Below, piece after piece: positions 42,568 to 55,629 of a stretch of DNA of 64,000 bases. The stretch is from Craspedostauros australis (taxonomy: Eukaryota). The translations under genes were made by a program, and so were the position numbers. Each line of letters opens with the position of its first letter. Position 1 is the first letter of the stretch. The DNA lies in contig JALAGF010005657.1 of assembly GCA_030167865.1 (NCBI GenBank), forward strand, positions 1-64,000. Direction: 5' to 3'. The notes beneath the pieces were generated by a model. It was not told the DNA's origin, ran no database searches, and saw only the letters and a list, made by a program, of their open reading frames with translations.

Positions 42568-44612
42568 TTACAATTTGCTGCCCGCCGTCTCCAAAGTCAT
42601 GTTATGAGATTGGGCCGGTCGTTCTTGCCGGAGCCGTTTCTGATGTTGCTGGCGCATGGCAAAAATCAGCAAGGAGACCATCGTGCCAAGCAAGGCAAAG
42701 ATGACGATCTGCAGAGTTCTCCACCCTTCGATTCCGGAGCCTCCTCCGCGGTAGATGTAGCCGGTGGAGAACATCATGCTGCCACTCAGAAGGAACATCC
42801 CGAATTCGTTGGCCGCCTGGATCTGGGGCTTGTACTGAGCGACCGCGAGCTGATATGCTGGAGCGTCCTCCAAATCACCACTGATTTCTTTGATCGCCTC
42901 GATGCCACCGGAAGATTCCGTTGATGTGTTTGTTCGGCCGTGCGGCTTATCGCTGGTCGCGGAATCCTCTTCGATGTCGGCCTCCATGCTGTCGTCCCGC
43001 TGTGGCGGCTGCTGATGCTGCTGTGTCGGAGCGATCTTGTTTGGCTGATACAGCTGGGAGACCCAGACGGTCGATGCGCTGAAACCGAAATTCCAACCAA
43101 TCCCCAGCAAGGCCAAACCGATGGCGAATGGGAGGATGTGGACGACCTTCGATCTATCATCCTGCGCTGTCAGGTTCGCGATCGTCGCCAGGAGGAAGGT
43201 GCCACACGACACCCAGCAGGCCCGTTGCGGTCCGTTCCGGCCGATGAAGGTTCCGCTGACGAGGCCAGGTGAGTACATGGAGAGGAAGTGGAACTCCATG
43301 ACGAGGAGGGACTGGCGGCTGCTGTAGCCGAGCTCGTTCATCACGACACGGACAATCCCCATGGGCATCGCCATGATTGCCCAAACCAACCCCGCAATCA
43401 GCATCGGCAACCAGAATGATGATCTGGACAAAACGAATGCTAGGGTGGGACCGTTGGCAGATTGAATATCGCTGGCGCTTCCGCCGCCTCTATTGCTGGT
43501 GATATCGTCACAGGTGCGCGTCTGATTGATGGTGCTTTGTTGTTCGGCATTCTCGGACACAGATTGCTGAAGGCGAGATTGAGCGTCCTCTGCCACGGAT
43601 TCTGTGTCGTCGTGTACCGGGAAAGACACCATTGCGATGAACACGGCTTGGATGATGTTGAAAGTTGCGGTCTTGGGAGGAGATATGATTTGGAGGAGTG
43701 GCATTCATGAAAGATGGAAATGAAGCGACGAGTATTGCACAAGTGAGCAATGGGCAGGTGAGTAAGGAAAGGGGACTGCACATGCCCTGTGCTTCCAAAG
43801 CGCAAATCGAAGCGAACGTCGGGACAAGCGTGTACATAAGTTCATCGATGGAAGATTCGACAGCATGCGAGTAGAGTTCAGTCCTCGTTCCATTCCATTC
43901 CATTCCTTGCCATGCTATGCTATGCCCAAGCATGGTTGCAGATGCTCAGCGTACGATCATTTGCTGCATGTCATGCAATACACTGCAATGTGTTTGCGTT
44001 GTCTTTTGTTGCGCTCACCACAACGAAAACTCCGACGAATTCCAAACCGTCCGTGGGTTGATCGCTGTACCCGATTTGCGACCAGTCCACCTTCGTGGAC
44101 GCCTGCGCCAGTTCAGGTCCCAGGAATGCGGCGAAGCATCCACCCAGCAACACCCACGTGACTGCTTTGGCGTGGAACACTGGCGGGACGACCTCCATGC
44201 TTGCAAAACGGAGGTACATGCCGATTCCGGCTCCCGCACCCAACGGCGCCATTGCCAAAATGACGATGAAGGGCGATGACTCCAGCACGCCGATGGCCCC
44301 GATGATGCTCCCGACAAAGCCCAGTCCAATGCCGACGCCGAACCCAACTTTGCGTCCCCACCTTTGGAACACCCAATGCGTCAGCAGCAGCGAGACGCTG
44401 GACATGCCGACGAAGAATGTTCCCAGTCCGAAGGGAGAGATCGCGCTGGATCCACCGACGGCCTGCACCAGCACGGAGGAGTTACCGACGACGATCGTCA
44501 TTGAGGACACCACGCATGACCATGCCACGAGCATGCATGAGATGTTCCACCGTTCCGTGCTGGAGAGCACCGCGGGTTGTTCTTCCTTCAGCGGCTCTGG
44601 TGCTTGCGCCAT
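42568..44612 (-). CDS. Major facilitator superfamily transporter, 2 exons (intron 44018-43672)
   Basis: About 12 hydrophobic helices; RWGRKVGF, YLRFASMEVVP, EFHFLSMYSPG and GIGWNFGF motifs; in-frame GTG|GTGAGC…CCAAG|ACC junction. Confidence 0.88.
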
Positions 44613-45874
44613 GTTGCGTTGTGGTTTGGTTTGGTTTGATTTGATTGTAGTTCTGTTCCTTGTAATGAGTGATGCTTGATGATCGAAGCGTGATGATCTT
44701 CAGTTCCTCTCTTCCTATTCGTTCAATTGTGTCCTGATGGATTTTATGAGATTGGATCGGCGCTGGAAGATCGGCACCGTTGGATGATGACGAATGCCCG
44801 ATGCTGGTGTGGATGCTGGTGTGGATGTTGGACAACGACGTCGGATGATGATGGTGATGCAAGATGCCGAATGTTCTATCACCAAGACATGCAGACCCAG
44901 AGCTCTGCTCACGCCAGCTTGGTTCAAGTTCGGTCAGCTCCCAACAGGGGTGTGGTGGCTACTCCAAGAATAGTTGTATGGTCGAGCCGAGCCGAGTGGA
45001 AGCTCGCTTCACCTTCCTTCACCCTTTTGTTCCTGCTTGTGCAACCTCTTGTCGGTGGTACTTCTGGCACTTGTGTGCGTTCGTTTTTGATCAGAACTTC
45101 CGGTCGCGTTCCTGATTCAAAGATCCTTCGAGTCCTCTACATCGGTGTGTTACATGCCCGCAAGTCGGCATCGACTGAGCAATTGTTGATGGAGTGAGAT
45201 GTTGCTGCCGTGGCTGGAACTGTGCCAACCCATGGATGGAGAGAGGGAGGACGGAGCGGGGAACTGCAAACATCGCCGGTCCAACCAAACGTGGCGCTCT
45301 CCACAGTGTTGTTGTGTTGGTGTCAGCGTTTTGCTGTCGTGTTTCGTGAGCCCCCACGTTGGTGGCAGAAATCGAAAAGAACAAGATCGAAGCCGCAAGA
45401 GTTCTTTTGCTTGCCATTGTTTCTGGGCGACGGTCAGACCGGAAGGTGACGTGTCTCAGCAGACACCAAACAACGCCCACAAAACGGACGAAAGGATTCA
45501 AGTTGGAAATACGCATGACTGAATGCATTCGCTCAATTTCGAATCCCGCAAGACGCCAGTCACTAGCTTCGTGTGGAGATTCTTCGGATTTGGCCAAGTT
45601 TCCCGCCACAAATGCTGCCCAGGCAGCAAACGATGACAACCAAAGCCGCACATCTCTCTCGTTGTTTGTCTTTGGGCGCAGGCGAGAGTGACAACACCGA
45701 CAGAAGCAGAGGCAGAGAGGGATGGGTGGATGCATTGGGCGTTGGCATGCAATGATTCGTTTTGCACCGCTGTGCACTGATCCATTTCATGTGATGAGTG
45801 TTTCTCCCACATAGAGTCGCAGCAACACCAACACAAGCATCGGCACCAGAACCAGCATCGGCACCAGCATCGGC

Positions 45875-47467
45875 ATGATGAATGAGTACTACACCACCGC
45901 GTTCAATCCGTCAGGCAATCGCTACGTTGCCTCGTGCAATGTCAAGATCAAGGATGCAAACAAGAACGGGGCGCTCGTCAACGGTGCGAGCCTGAGGACG
46001 CCGAGCTGGTTCGCCTACGCCACCGCTTCCGATGTAGCTTGGATCGTTGGCAACGATCAGTCGGTTTCGTTCGCCGTGGTGAACAATGATCGGCAGCTGT
46101 CCACGGTGTCATTCCCGAATGCCACGGATGAAGTGCGCGAAACCAATGCGGTGCAAAGCGATGACGTTCTCGTGGACAGGCCGCTCGTGGTGCAGATCGA
46201 TCCGACGACCAGCAAGCTTCAGCCCGTGATTGCGCCATGGAACACTTCTGTCGTCAGCAGCCCGTATCCCATCCGCCATCTCGATCAGACCATGACTAGC
46301 GACGTCGGGAACGCAACCGACATCAACGACGGATACCTGTACATCAAGCGGTCCTCGCCGCACCATCTGCAGCAACTCGCGTCCGATGGCACGATCGTCA
46401 CACACCCCAAATTGAGTGGAGAAGACGCGACGACGACATTGGTCGACCCGCTCCGAGATGGTCAGATTGCGTACTCCGCAGCAAACGATATGTGGGCCCT
46501 CTACACGCATGTGACAGAGGACCGCAACACGCATTGCATCTTGGGTGATTGCGGAGAAGGCTTCCATATGCATGTCCTGAAGCGCAATGCCGCAACGCGC
46601 GTGGTTGAGATTGCCAACGACATTGCGCTGGAGGGCAACTCCCTGGTCTTTGAAGGTCTGTCGCCGTTTTGGGCGGACATCAACCAGGACGGCGTTGATG
46701 ACTTGGTGACGACCATCTCTGGCAACCGTGATGGCGCGGCTCTGCGGGTGTACTTCATGCAGAATGAGGAAGGTAAGCTCCTGTCTGACCCGAACGACCC
46801 TTCGAAAGATTGGATCGCGGAGTCTAGATTTATTGGCAAGGATAATCGGTGGTTGCACCAGCTGGCATTTGGCCCGCTGGGACCCATGGGCGAGATGGAA
46901 CTCGTGGAGATTCGCACCCCGCACATCGGTGGGCAGGTGCGGTACTACAGATGGGGCGGCGTCGGGGATCCCAACTCGCTCAATGTAGTGGCAACCAAGT
47001 CCACGTTCACTTCTCATGACATCGACTCCCGCAACGTGGACATGGCCGTTGCGGCGGATTTGAACGGTGACGGCATTCCAGAGCTCGTGGTGCAAGATCA
47101 GGCAGGCAGCAACATCCACGGTCTGCAGCGCTGTGGCGACGGCAGCATCAAGACCGTGTGGAAGGTGCCTGTGCCGAATGGGCGACGTATCACATCGAAC
47201 TTTGCCTTGGCGTGTGACCCACAGACGAACGACGCTGCCATCCTCCTCGGGCACATCGGAGGCTTGCTCCGCATTTCGTTCAGCGATTCGATGAGGTCGG
47301 GAGGCGAACACAGCGCAGGGCCAACGGACATCCCGACCGAAAGCCCAACCATGATCGACCCAGCATCCTGCAGCAGCGCAAACTCCCGAGGAACCATGTA
47401 TGAAGGGAGCTTCTCGTGGCTGTACATCTTTGTGATTTGGCGAGTCGTTAAGCTCCTTCGAGCTTGA
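45875..47467 (+). CDS. FG-GAP/VCBS-repeat protein with PT-rich stalk and C-terminal GPI/TM-like tail; an upstream exon may exist
   Basis: ADINQDGVDDLV and ADLNGDGIPELVV Ca-binding repeats; NRWLHQLAFGP…RTPHIGG and SHDIDSRNVD motifs; PTDIPTESPT; hydrophobic end. An acceptor-like TTTCTCCCACATAG ends at 45814, in frame. Confidence 0.78.
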   Translation: MMNEYYTTAFNPSGNRYVASCNVKIKDANKNGALVNGASLRTPSWFAYATASDVAWIVGNDQSVSFAVVNNDRQLSTVSFPNATDEVRETNAVQSDDVLVDRPLVVQIDPTTSKLQPVIAPWNTSVVSSPYPIRHLDQTMTSDVGNATDINDGYLYIKRSSPHHLQQLASDGTIVTHPKLSGEDATTTLVDPLRDGQIAYSAANDMWALYTHVTEDRNTHCILGDCGEGFHMHVLKRNAATRVVEIANDIALEGNSLVFEGLSPFWADINQDGVDDLVTTISGNRDGAALRVYFMQNEEGKLLSDPNDPSKDWIAESRFIGKDNRWLHQLAFGPLGPMGEMELVEIRTPHIGGQVRYYRWGGVGDPNSLNVVATKSTFTSHDIDSRNVDMAVAADLNGDGIPELVVQDQAGSNIHGLQRCGDGSIKTVWKVPVPNGRRITSNFALACDPQTNDAAILLGHIGGLLRISFSDSMRSGGEHSAGPTDIPTESPTMIDPASCSSANSRGTMYEGSFSWLYIFVIWRVVKLLRA

Positions 47468-48689
47468 GGAAACGAAGCACGATCGCTCGAGGATGGGAAA
47501 CTATCACTGCGTGGTCGTGATGTGATGTGATGTGATGCAATGTGATGGTGATGACTGGTGGAAATGATGGCGTCGGCACTGTTTCCAGAAACAGGGCTAG
47601 CAGATGGCTGGAATCTCTTGCAGTCACCATACCTGGTCATGAACTACGGAATTGTCCGCGGCACGCAGAGCGAAGCGGTCTGCTTCATGGTGCCGCGAGT
47701 AGGCAAGGCTATGCTACAAGCACCAGACGTACATCGAAGAGGCGCATCCCATCACTCATCATCGCCATCATCACCATCACCAATGTGCTACTGGCACCAT
47801 ACGAGCTACTACTCGTTGGGCGATTGCTCATGAACTACTGTGATCACGATGGCGTATGAGTACTCGCTCGTTGAGCGATCATGGGAGCTGTAGATCGTAC
47901 CCAAGGATTCCGAGTCCTTCCACTGCGATGTTCTCATCCTTCGTTGTGGGGGTGCCTCCGACCTGCAGGTGCTCACCGGTTTCCGCCAGTACCGCAGCTA
48001 CGCCACGCTCATGCCGTGCCGCGCTTGTCCCGTCTTGCGTGACAGCCGCACACGTGAAGCCCATGTGTGATTCGCGCTCCCTCTGGATAGGGTCTTGCCT
48101 TGTGGGGCAATGGCGAGGGAAGATGAGAAAAGCGCAAACGGTAGCTTGGAGCCCGACATCATTGCGACGAGCGAAATGCCCGGTCTTGATTCTCAAACTC
48201 ATCCGTACCTTTCCGATCTCATTCCACACGTACGTACGTACGACTATCCCAGAGAGCACCATGCGTACGCGTACTCGTACCATCAATAGGTCGTAAAGCA
48301 ATAATGCAACAATAATAGTAGAGTATGGTACATGCCATGACACGAATGGAACCATCGTCACCTGTTGATAGGTGCGCTATGCTCCTCTGGCAAAGGCAAT
48401 CATCTCCGTTCTTGTGCACCCTTCATGGCACCCCATGGCCCTGATGTCGCTGCTGGAGCAGGAGTGTTGGATGGTGCTCGCACCTGTGCTTGCCTATGGA
48501 ACATTGTAGGTATTTGCTGGTTGTATCTCTGGTTTGCTGAAGTAGTCGTATGCGTTGTAACTGTTGGTGGTGGTTCGTATACTATTACAATTGTATTAAC
48601 GGTTAGTAGCGTGTGTATGTATCCATCGTTCTCGCTTTCTCTGTTCGGAGGCTTCGTCAGACAGTTTCTTTGATTCAAAAATGAAACTC

Positions 48690-50207
48690 TCAGCTGATCG
48701 AGAGAGTGGCTTCGGAGGCTGCAGATACCGTGGATGCGGCAGTGGAAGCTGACGATCGTCGCCAGTCATCGTTCACCGCCGGTTTGATTGGAGGTTGCAC
48801 AGCCGGGGCGACGCGGCGCAGACCTCGTCGTCGCCGTGGCTCCCTCTCGCGTCTGCGATTGCTTGTATTCAACGACCCGAAGGAGTTGGATGGTCGCAAC
48901 AATCTGCGTTGTGGTTCGGGACGGACGTAGGCATCGACCTGCTCCGTGCCGACACGGCGGTTGTTCGTGGTGTGGACTGTGGTGCCGGTCCCGTTCGTCT
49001 GCGTGTTTGGTTTGGAAGTCTTCCACCAGTTCACTTTGCCGCTGCCGGTCTCACTGTTGTTGTTTCTGTTGTTGCTGCTGCTGTGGTTGTTGGCGTTGGT
49101 AACGTTGGTAACGCTGACGGTGTTGCAGGATTGGGGTTCCCTGATCTCGTTCTGGATGCCAGCGTATTGATCATTGAACTCTCTGACCATGTGCGATAGA
49201 CTTCCGCCCGATCGCGATCGTCGCATCGGGGCGTTCTTCGGGTTGTGCATGGAGACGGCAGCGGCGTTGGTTGTAAGTCGCGCTCTGTGGCATTGCGTTC
49301 CATACGCAGCCTGAGCATCCTTCATCCCTGCCAGTTGAGCGATTCGGTGACGGTGCTTGGAGACACGCATCACGATCTGGGCCAGCACATCAGCGATCAT
49401 GTCGCTTGTGCTTTGTCTCTTGTCGAAAATGCCGCCCGTGGAGTCGTCGCTGCTGGTGCTGTGTGTGGAGGAATCGTTGGACATCGCGAGGCTTTGTCCA
49501 TGCAGCTCTCTGAGACGCTTCTGTTCCTGCAGGACGGCGTGGACGGTGCGCTTGGATTTGGCGCTGATGATGTCAAATCCTTTGGCCGTCATGTACTCCA
49601 GTCCGCGCGTGTTGATCTCGCTGCTGTCAGTGTTGTTGTCAGTGCTGTTGTCAGTGCTGTCGCCACCGCCAGCAGCTGACCGTGCGAATGCGCTGCCCGA
49701 TCCACGCGTGAATGAAAACGCCCGTGTTGGGCCACGCGGATGCAGCGGGCCATGCGCACTGGGATCGTCGGACTGCGAGGCCATCATGGATCGAACGGTC
49801 TCCTTGCACTGCTGGATGGTGCATTGGTGTTCGTCGTTGCTCACCCACATGGCCTTCTTTTCGTCTTGGGTGTACGAGGAGCGGCCGGGAATGGTGATGC
49901 TGTCGGTGATGGCGTGGGGCGCTTCGAAGCGCACTTTGGATCGTAGCGATCGCGCAGCTGCGTTTGCATCCACGGTGGTGATTTGGGATGGCACGGACAA
50001 TCTGTTCTTGGTGTTCGTGCTTGCGCTTGTGCGGGAGCGCTCAGTTGCGGGTGCTGCTGTGGTCGGTGGTGAAGACGATGCGACGACTTCTGCCGCGACG
50101 GCCGATCCATTCGAGCGACGTTGTCGGTTTCGCCTCCTCTCAGCCAGGCTCTGGCGTGCGCTTCTGCTGATGCGCGGGGTGTCGATCTTCTGGGTTGGGT
50201 TCAACAT
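48690..50207 (-). CDS. Uncharacterised protein of a diatom-type family (KVRF…YT.DEK..MW…RGLE…VLQEQ)
   Basis: Long ORF. Motif series KVRF, SYTQDEKKAMWVSNDE, NTRGLE, VHAVLQEQ, AQLAGMKDA resembles a family I recall as expanded in diatoms. Confidence 0.75.
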   Translation of the reverse strand: MLNPTQKIDTPRISRSARQSLAERRRNRQRRSNGSAVAAEVVASSSPPTTAAPATERSRTSASTNTKNRLSVPSQITTVDANAAARSLRSKVRFEAPHAITDSITIPGRSSYTQDEKKAMWVSNDEHQCTIQQCKETVRSMMASQSDDPSAHGPLHPRGPTRAFSFTRGSGSAFARSAAGGGDSTDNSTDNNTDSSEINTRGLEYMTAKGFDIISAKSKRTVHAVLQEQKRLRELHGQSLAMSNDSSTHSTSSDDSTGGIFDKRQSTSDMIADVLAQIVMRVSKHRHRIAQLAGMKDAQAAYGTQCHRARLTTNAAAVSMHNPKNAPMRRSRSGGSLSHMVREFNDQYAGIQNEIREPQSCNTVSVTNVTNANNHSSSNNRNNNSETGSGKVNWWKTSKPNTQTNGTGTTVHTTNNRRVGTEQVDAYVRPEPQRRLLRPSNSFGSLNTSNRRREREPRRRRGLRRVAPAVQPPIKPAVNDDWRRSSASTAASTVSAASEATLSIS

Positions 50208-52444
50208 GGTGGTGCTGTGTTTGCAATGCAATGTAATTTGATGCGATGCGATGTGATGCGATGTGATGGATGTTGTCAATTATATTATAATATTATAATG
50301 GATAACAGAGTAGAGAATGAGAGGACAAGAGAGGAGGGATGTCGATTGCTGTTTGTTGTTTGGAACGAATGCCCGCTTCCTGACTTTGTGGGTCGATTCG
50401 CGCTCTTCGCGTTTCCCACTTCTTGTTTCTTGTTTCTTGTTTTGTGACAAGTCCACCAGTACCGACGCCCATCCCATCCACTCGTACCACCAACGGTCTC
50501 TCCTCGTTCTCTGACTCTGTGTGTGTTTGTGTGGTGTCCGATTTGTTCCTCTCCTTTCTTGGCCTCCTGCCCACAAGCAATCGACACCACAAGCTACCAC
50601 GCGCACTGAACACGACAAGAACCGAAGCAACGAACAACAACACGCAATGTTCACCCAAGACAGACCAACGCCGCACAATAGCGCACGCGCCAAGACGCCA
50701 ACCGTCTTGGGCTCGATTTGCCCGAAGACCTCCGAAGCCCAATCGAACACAAGTCATTTTCGGCACACGATTGTTGATTGACCATTCCTGCATATGAAAT
50801 CAAATGATATGATTGGTTACGACGGTATTCTGCATGTCGCATGCGACATGGAAAAGCGCCACGCGCCACCCTGCTGCCAGATGGTACCGTTCGCCGTTCG
50901 TCAATCCCCACCGCGCCCAAGACCAAAGTTGCGCATGGATCGTCCACACAAAAACACGAAGGATTTGTGCATCACTCTGCGCAGCATCATGTCGCCCATC
51001 CATGCACGATTCTGTGAAAGATCTGCCACCGGATGGATACGTCATGAACCTTCGGCGAGGCGATGATGGCCAAAAAAGGAAAAGGCAACACACAAGATGC
51101 CCGCGCAGAAGTAGGGAATGAAATTGTCCACATCCATGATGCTCCCGTTCGTTGTGGGCATCATGGAGTGCTCCTCTACGCACACTCTACCTGAACACAT
51201 TGTCTAAGTCAACAGCCAAAGTCGTGATGTTCATGACGATTGTGCTGATGACAACGATGATGACACTGACGCGATCATGATGATGATGCAAACTTCTCCT
51301 GGGGAATGGAAATCCTGCTTCAAGCGTCCATTCATGCATTCGTGTACGACTATACATGCATTCACACTCGTACATTCTGTCCGTGAATATAGCATGGCAT
51401 TACGACACAATCATCAACCGACCTATTGGCACAAGCATCAGAATCCAAACAGATGGAATACTTCGTTTGACGCACGAGTATCTCGCAGCGCATTCTGTCT
51501 AAGTCTGCCACACGGCAGCGGATGCTTCCACAAGGTATCTTCATGTCACCAACAGCTCGTGTCTGGACACAGCCAAGAACCATGCGAATACGTTGCAACA
51601 TGCAACTCAGTGCCAGAAGCATCTTCCGGACTGTCCACTGCTCTGCATCTCTTTGTATCTTCACCCCTGCTAGATACGCGCACTTCTGTTCCTGCTCGAT
51701 GCCGCGATCAGGTGATTGGTCGGTCCTCTCGGATTACGACCAGGCCTTCATCAACATTTAAACTCGGACTCGCATTCGTCCCTGCCCTGGAGATGCCTCG
51801 TCAATACGCCATGCAGCAACTCGATGCCGAGAGATGGAGGTTGCCAGAGAGAGGCCAGCGCGACACGATCTGCAACACGTCCCACATGATGCACACCCAA
51901 CGTCAGCATCTTCAATGTTCTTGTGCCTGGTTTTGCCAGTTGCTGTCCCGTGATCACCAAGCGAAGACCCACAGACAGCATGGCTGAGAGGTTCGTGCGA
52001 ACCCTCTTCAAACAAGGCTACAAATACGACCTAGAGTGTCTCCAATCTGCTCATGGTGATTGTACAATACCCATGCGTGTATTTCACAAACACGCAGGCA
52101 TTCAAAGCGGCGGCACAACCGTGGCATCATGGGAGTGAGCGCTTCAACAACCAGCACCGCTCACAGAGGCAACACCGTCAGCCAACTGTCCCGAAATCGC
52201 TACTTCAGCGGCGCATGGCTATCGAACGGCCGTCGGCGAGCTGATGCGACACGAAATGCGCAACGCCAGCACCCACTTGGATGTGGTGCTGCAACAAGCA
52301 CGATGCAATGCAATGCAGTATCTACGTACACCCCAGTGCGGACATAGAAAAAAGAGTGGGAGCAGAGTACTCTAGAACAAACAGTTCGCCTTACGGAGTA
52401 TCAGGATCCACAATGGATGATCTCCCGCTGCCTCGTATAATAGT

Positions 52445-55400
52445 CTACAACAGTCTGTTGGCGCGCTCCATCATCACGACCTTGTCGTGGCGTTTGAAGA
52501 GCTCGACGAATTCATGCAGACTGATGGTGCCATCGCCGTGGACATCAAGCTCGGAAATGAGCTCGCCAACTTCGTCGACGGTGTACCCAACCTCGAATGC
52601 ATCCATGGTCGTTTTGAACTCGTGGATTGAGATGGTTCCGCTTCCATCTCTATCGAAAAGATTGAAGAAGAAATGCGCACGTTCATGCAGCTCGTGCTGA
52701 TGGTGCGGACTTCCATGACCATGGCCGTCCATGTCGTCACCAGGCTTGGGCGTGATGCTCACGTGGTTCATGTAGAAGCGGACGAATTCCTGTTCCGAAA
52801 TCGTTCCGCTGCTATCGGTGTCCAGGATCTTGACCATGCGATCCAGGAGCTCATCCGTGAGGCGTAGTCCCATGCGGAGCATCACCTCTCGCAGTTCATC
52901 CGTGTCGATGTGGCCGTCACCGGATGCATCGAAGGCGCTGAACGTCTTCTCCACTTGTGCAAGCTCCAACGCGTCCCAATCACGAGCCTCGGCGAATGCG
53001 GGAGCATTCTCGGCATCTTGCGAATGGCCGTTGCCGCTCTCGTCTGCGGGTTCATCTTCAAATCCCTCGTCGACAGCCTGCTGCAGCTTCTGCAGAACGC
53101 AGAATGCACGGACAATCCGAGACGTCTTCTCTTCTCTCACGACTTGAGACACGATCTGCGGCTTGGAATGCACGCCGATGCAACTGGCCTGTGCCAGGTA
53201 GGTGGCGGAGATCTTGCCCTTCGAGCGCATCAGCACGGGCGGGATGATCGAAACGATGGCGAAAACAACGAATTCGGTGACCCCGACTGAGTTCCATGCT
53301 GTGGGCAGGAATGTCAGCAGCAGCATCGACAAATACGCCGCCATGAACACGAGCTTGGTCTGGAAGATGATGTTGTACAGCTTGGGCCCGGAATGCTCCA
53401 GCATGTACAGCGTGTCCTGGGATCGGACCTGCACCTTGTGCTTTCCGTTGCTGAAGCATTTGCTGAAGCAGGATCGCTTCTTCGACATGTAAAGATCCAA
53501 GTCGATGCTGCACCATGCGGGCAAGTTTGGCGATTGTGATATGAGCGGGACCTCCTCTCCCTGATCGGTGGAGTAAGTCGTTGCGGAGGCACCACCCCTC
53601 GCGGCATGAGCACCGATGATTTGCTGCAAATGGAAGTCGAATGATGTGCTCAAAAAGAACACAAGCCAACCTAGCCCAACCCACGTCCATGCAAAGATCT
53701 GTCAAGGGCAACAGCGTGCATGATTGATGATTTGATGTTGACGTTGATGGTGTGAGTGTGACGCAAAGTAAATAACGGACGAATAGTCGACGGACATGGG
53801 AGCACCCGTGGATGTGGACCGTTTGATTTTTGCAGTCGAGAGCGTTCAGCCAGTCACCACCGTATTCACCCAATCGCCGACCGATGAATGTCCGCAATGC
53901 CACGAAGTGCGGTTGGCAATAGTAGGCGTGGAGATTGGTGTATTGATTGCATAGCAATAATAACAGCACGAAGATAACAAGTCAGAAGTGTCAGTCACGA
54001 GGCAATTGGATGTGAGGCAAACAAAGAGACAGAAGCCTTGAATAGATAGCATCGACATCGATGGCGCATTTCAGGCTCGAAACACTGCGATGGAAATCTT
54101 CTCGACGCGACTCCCACCCGATACATACAGCAGCAATTGCCATGGGGAGATTGTACACTCGCCACGCTCTTTTGCACCCTGAGTCAACTTACATGAACCT
54201 TGTCTTCGATGACTTCCAGCAGTGCGTACAGCATGAGTGTGAGCACCGCAAAGAAGGCCCATGTGATTTCACTCACATGGACCGTGTGGGCCAAGGTTTG
54301 GCTCAGACACACAGTGAGGTATCGTCCGAAATGAAAGTCCTCTGGCACGCGGTGCTCGAGCGGCGCTGGCTCGAACGGCGCCTTGGGAGAGCGTTCCAGG
54401 ATGAACTCCTGGCGGACCCCGTCAAACAGAAGCTGGTCTTCGATGGCCTTCATCAGCTTCCGATCGCTCGAGAAGTAGAATGGGAACAGGCAGTCGCAGA
54501 TGTACGACAGCAGCGTCTTGCTCTTGCGTCCGGCTCCTCCGCTGGTCGATGCCAGCGAGGTCCACTTGGCCTTGAGCTTCTCCATGTACGCACGGTCCAA
54601 GCACGCCCGGTCCATGCCGTACCACATCTCCTCCAGGGAGCGCGCTTCGCCGACCAGCACGAGGACATTCGTCACGAAGAAGACCATGATCAAGAAGAGG
54701 AAGTAGTGCACGAATTCGAATTCCTCGAACAGCGCCTCCTCCTCTTCGTGGCCGAAGAGGTAGACCGAGAGCTGTTCGAAGTATCCCAGCTTGGTGACGC
54801 AGAAGGTGAAGATACTTAGGAATCCAAGCACCGTGAGTTCGCCGAACATCGACTCGATGACGGGCCTGGTGTTTTTGTCTGCCGAATGCTCGATGCTGTG
54901 CTTTGCCTTCTCGAAGGCGATGGTCATGAAGATCAACACCAGGACGATGACAGCGATCGTGGTGGCCACGAGATCCTGTTGGTATTGGAACAAGCCCGAA
55001 TTTGCAGTCGCGGGCACAGAAGAAGACAAAGAAGACGAAGGGGAAGAAAGAGTGGAACGCGCGAAGATGCCACCGAACATGCATCGTGGTTGGTTGATCG
55101 ATAAATCCCATGGGAGGCGGCCAAATTATTGATCGGGCGGTTGGTGAGTCATCATTGTGCATCATTGTGCATCATCGATGCAAGCGACCACGTACTGCTT
55201 GTGCTCATTCGAGCTGCAGTGCACATCTTGTCCTACAAATAGCAACAAAACGCTTGATACTGTTGCACTTACCTCGTTGAGCTCTTCGTGTTCCTCGCCT
55301 TCTTCTTCTCCATGTTCACCCTCAACGCCTTCTTCATGCCCCTCTTCATCTTCGCCGTGCTCGCTTTCCTCGCCTTCCTCGCCTTCCTTCGCAGGGTTCT

Positions 55401-55629
55401 CTCCGTGCTCCACCTCGGCAGATGGCTCGGCTCCTACCTCACCCTGCATGGCTCTGCGAAGGACGTCTTGATCGCTGTCGGCTTTGCCTGCGAACAGCGT
55501 CTGCTCATGCTGCTGATCCAATGCCTGCACTGCATGCGGAAGCTCCCACGGGGATGCCGCTTTCCCATGTGCGAAGGCAATCATCGCGGCGCACCACAGT
55601 GCCAGCATCACGGCAGTTGCTTGCTTCAT
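52445..55629 (-). CDS. MLO-family membrane protein fused to a C-terminal four-EF-hand calmodulin-like domain, 3 exons (55629-55273, 54975-54193, 53698-52445; ~797 aa)
   Basis: MLO-like motifs IESMFGELTVLGFLS, FEFVHYFLFLIMVFFV and DFHFGRYL…HVSEITW. EF loops DASGDGHIDTDE, DTDSSGTISEQE, DRDGSGTISIHE and DVHGDGTISLHE. Both introns are phase-0 GTAAGT…CAG. Confidence 0.82.

Noticed and set aside
46109..47311. 400-aa minus-strand ORF
   Set aside because: Antisense shadow of the FG-GAP gene.
50800..52350. Overlapping short ORFs as a possible decayed transposon or pseudogene
   Set aside because: No recognisable transposase or RT motifs and no terminal repeats.
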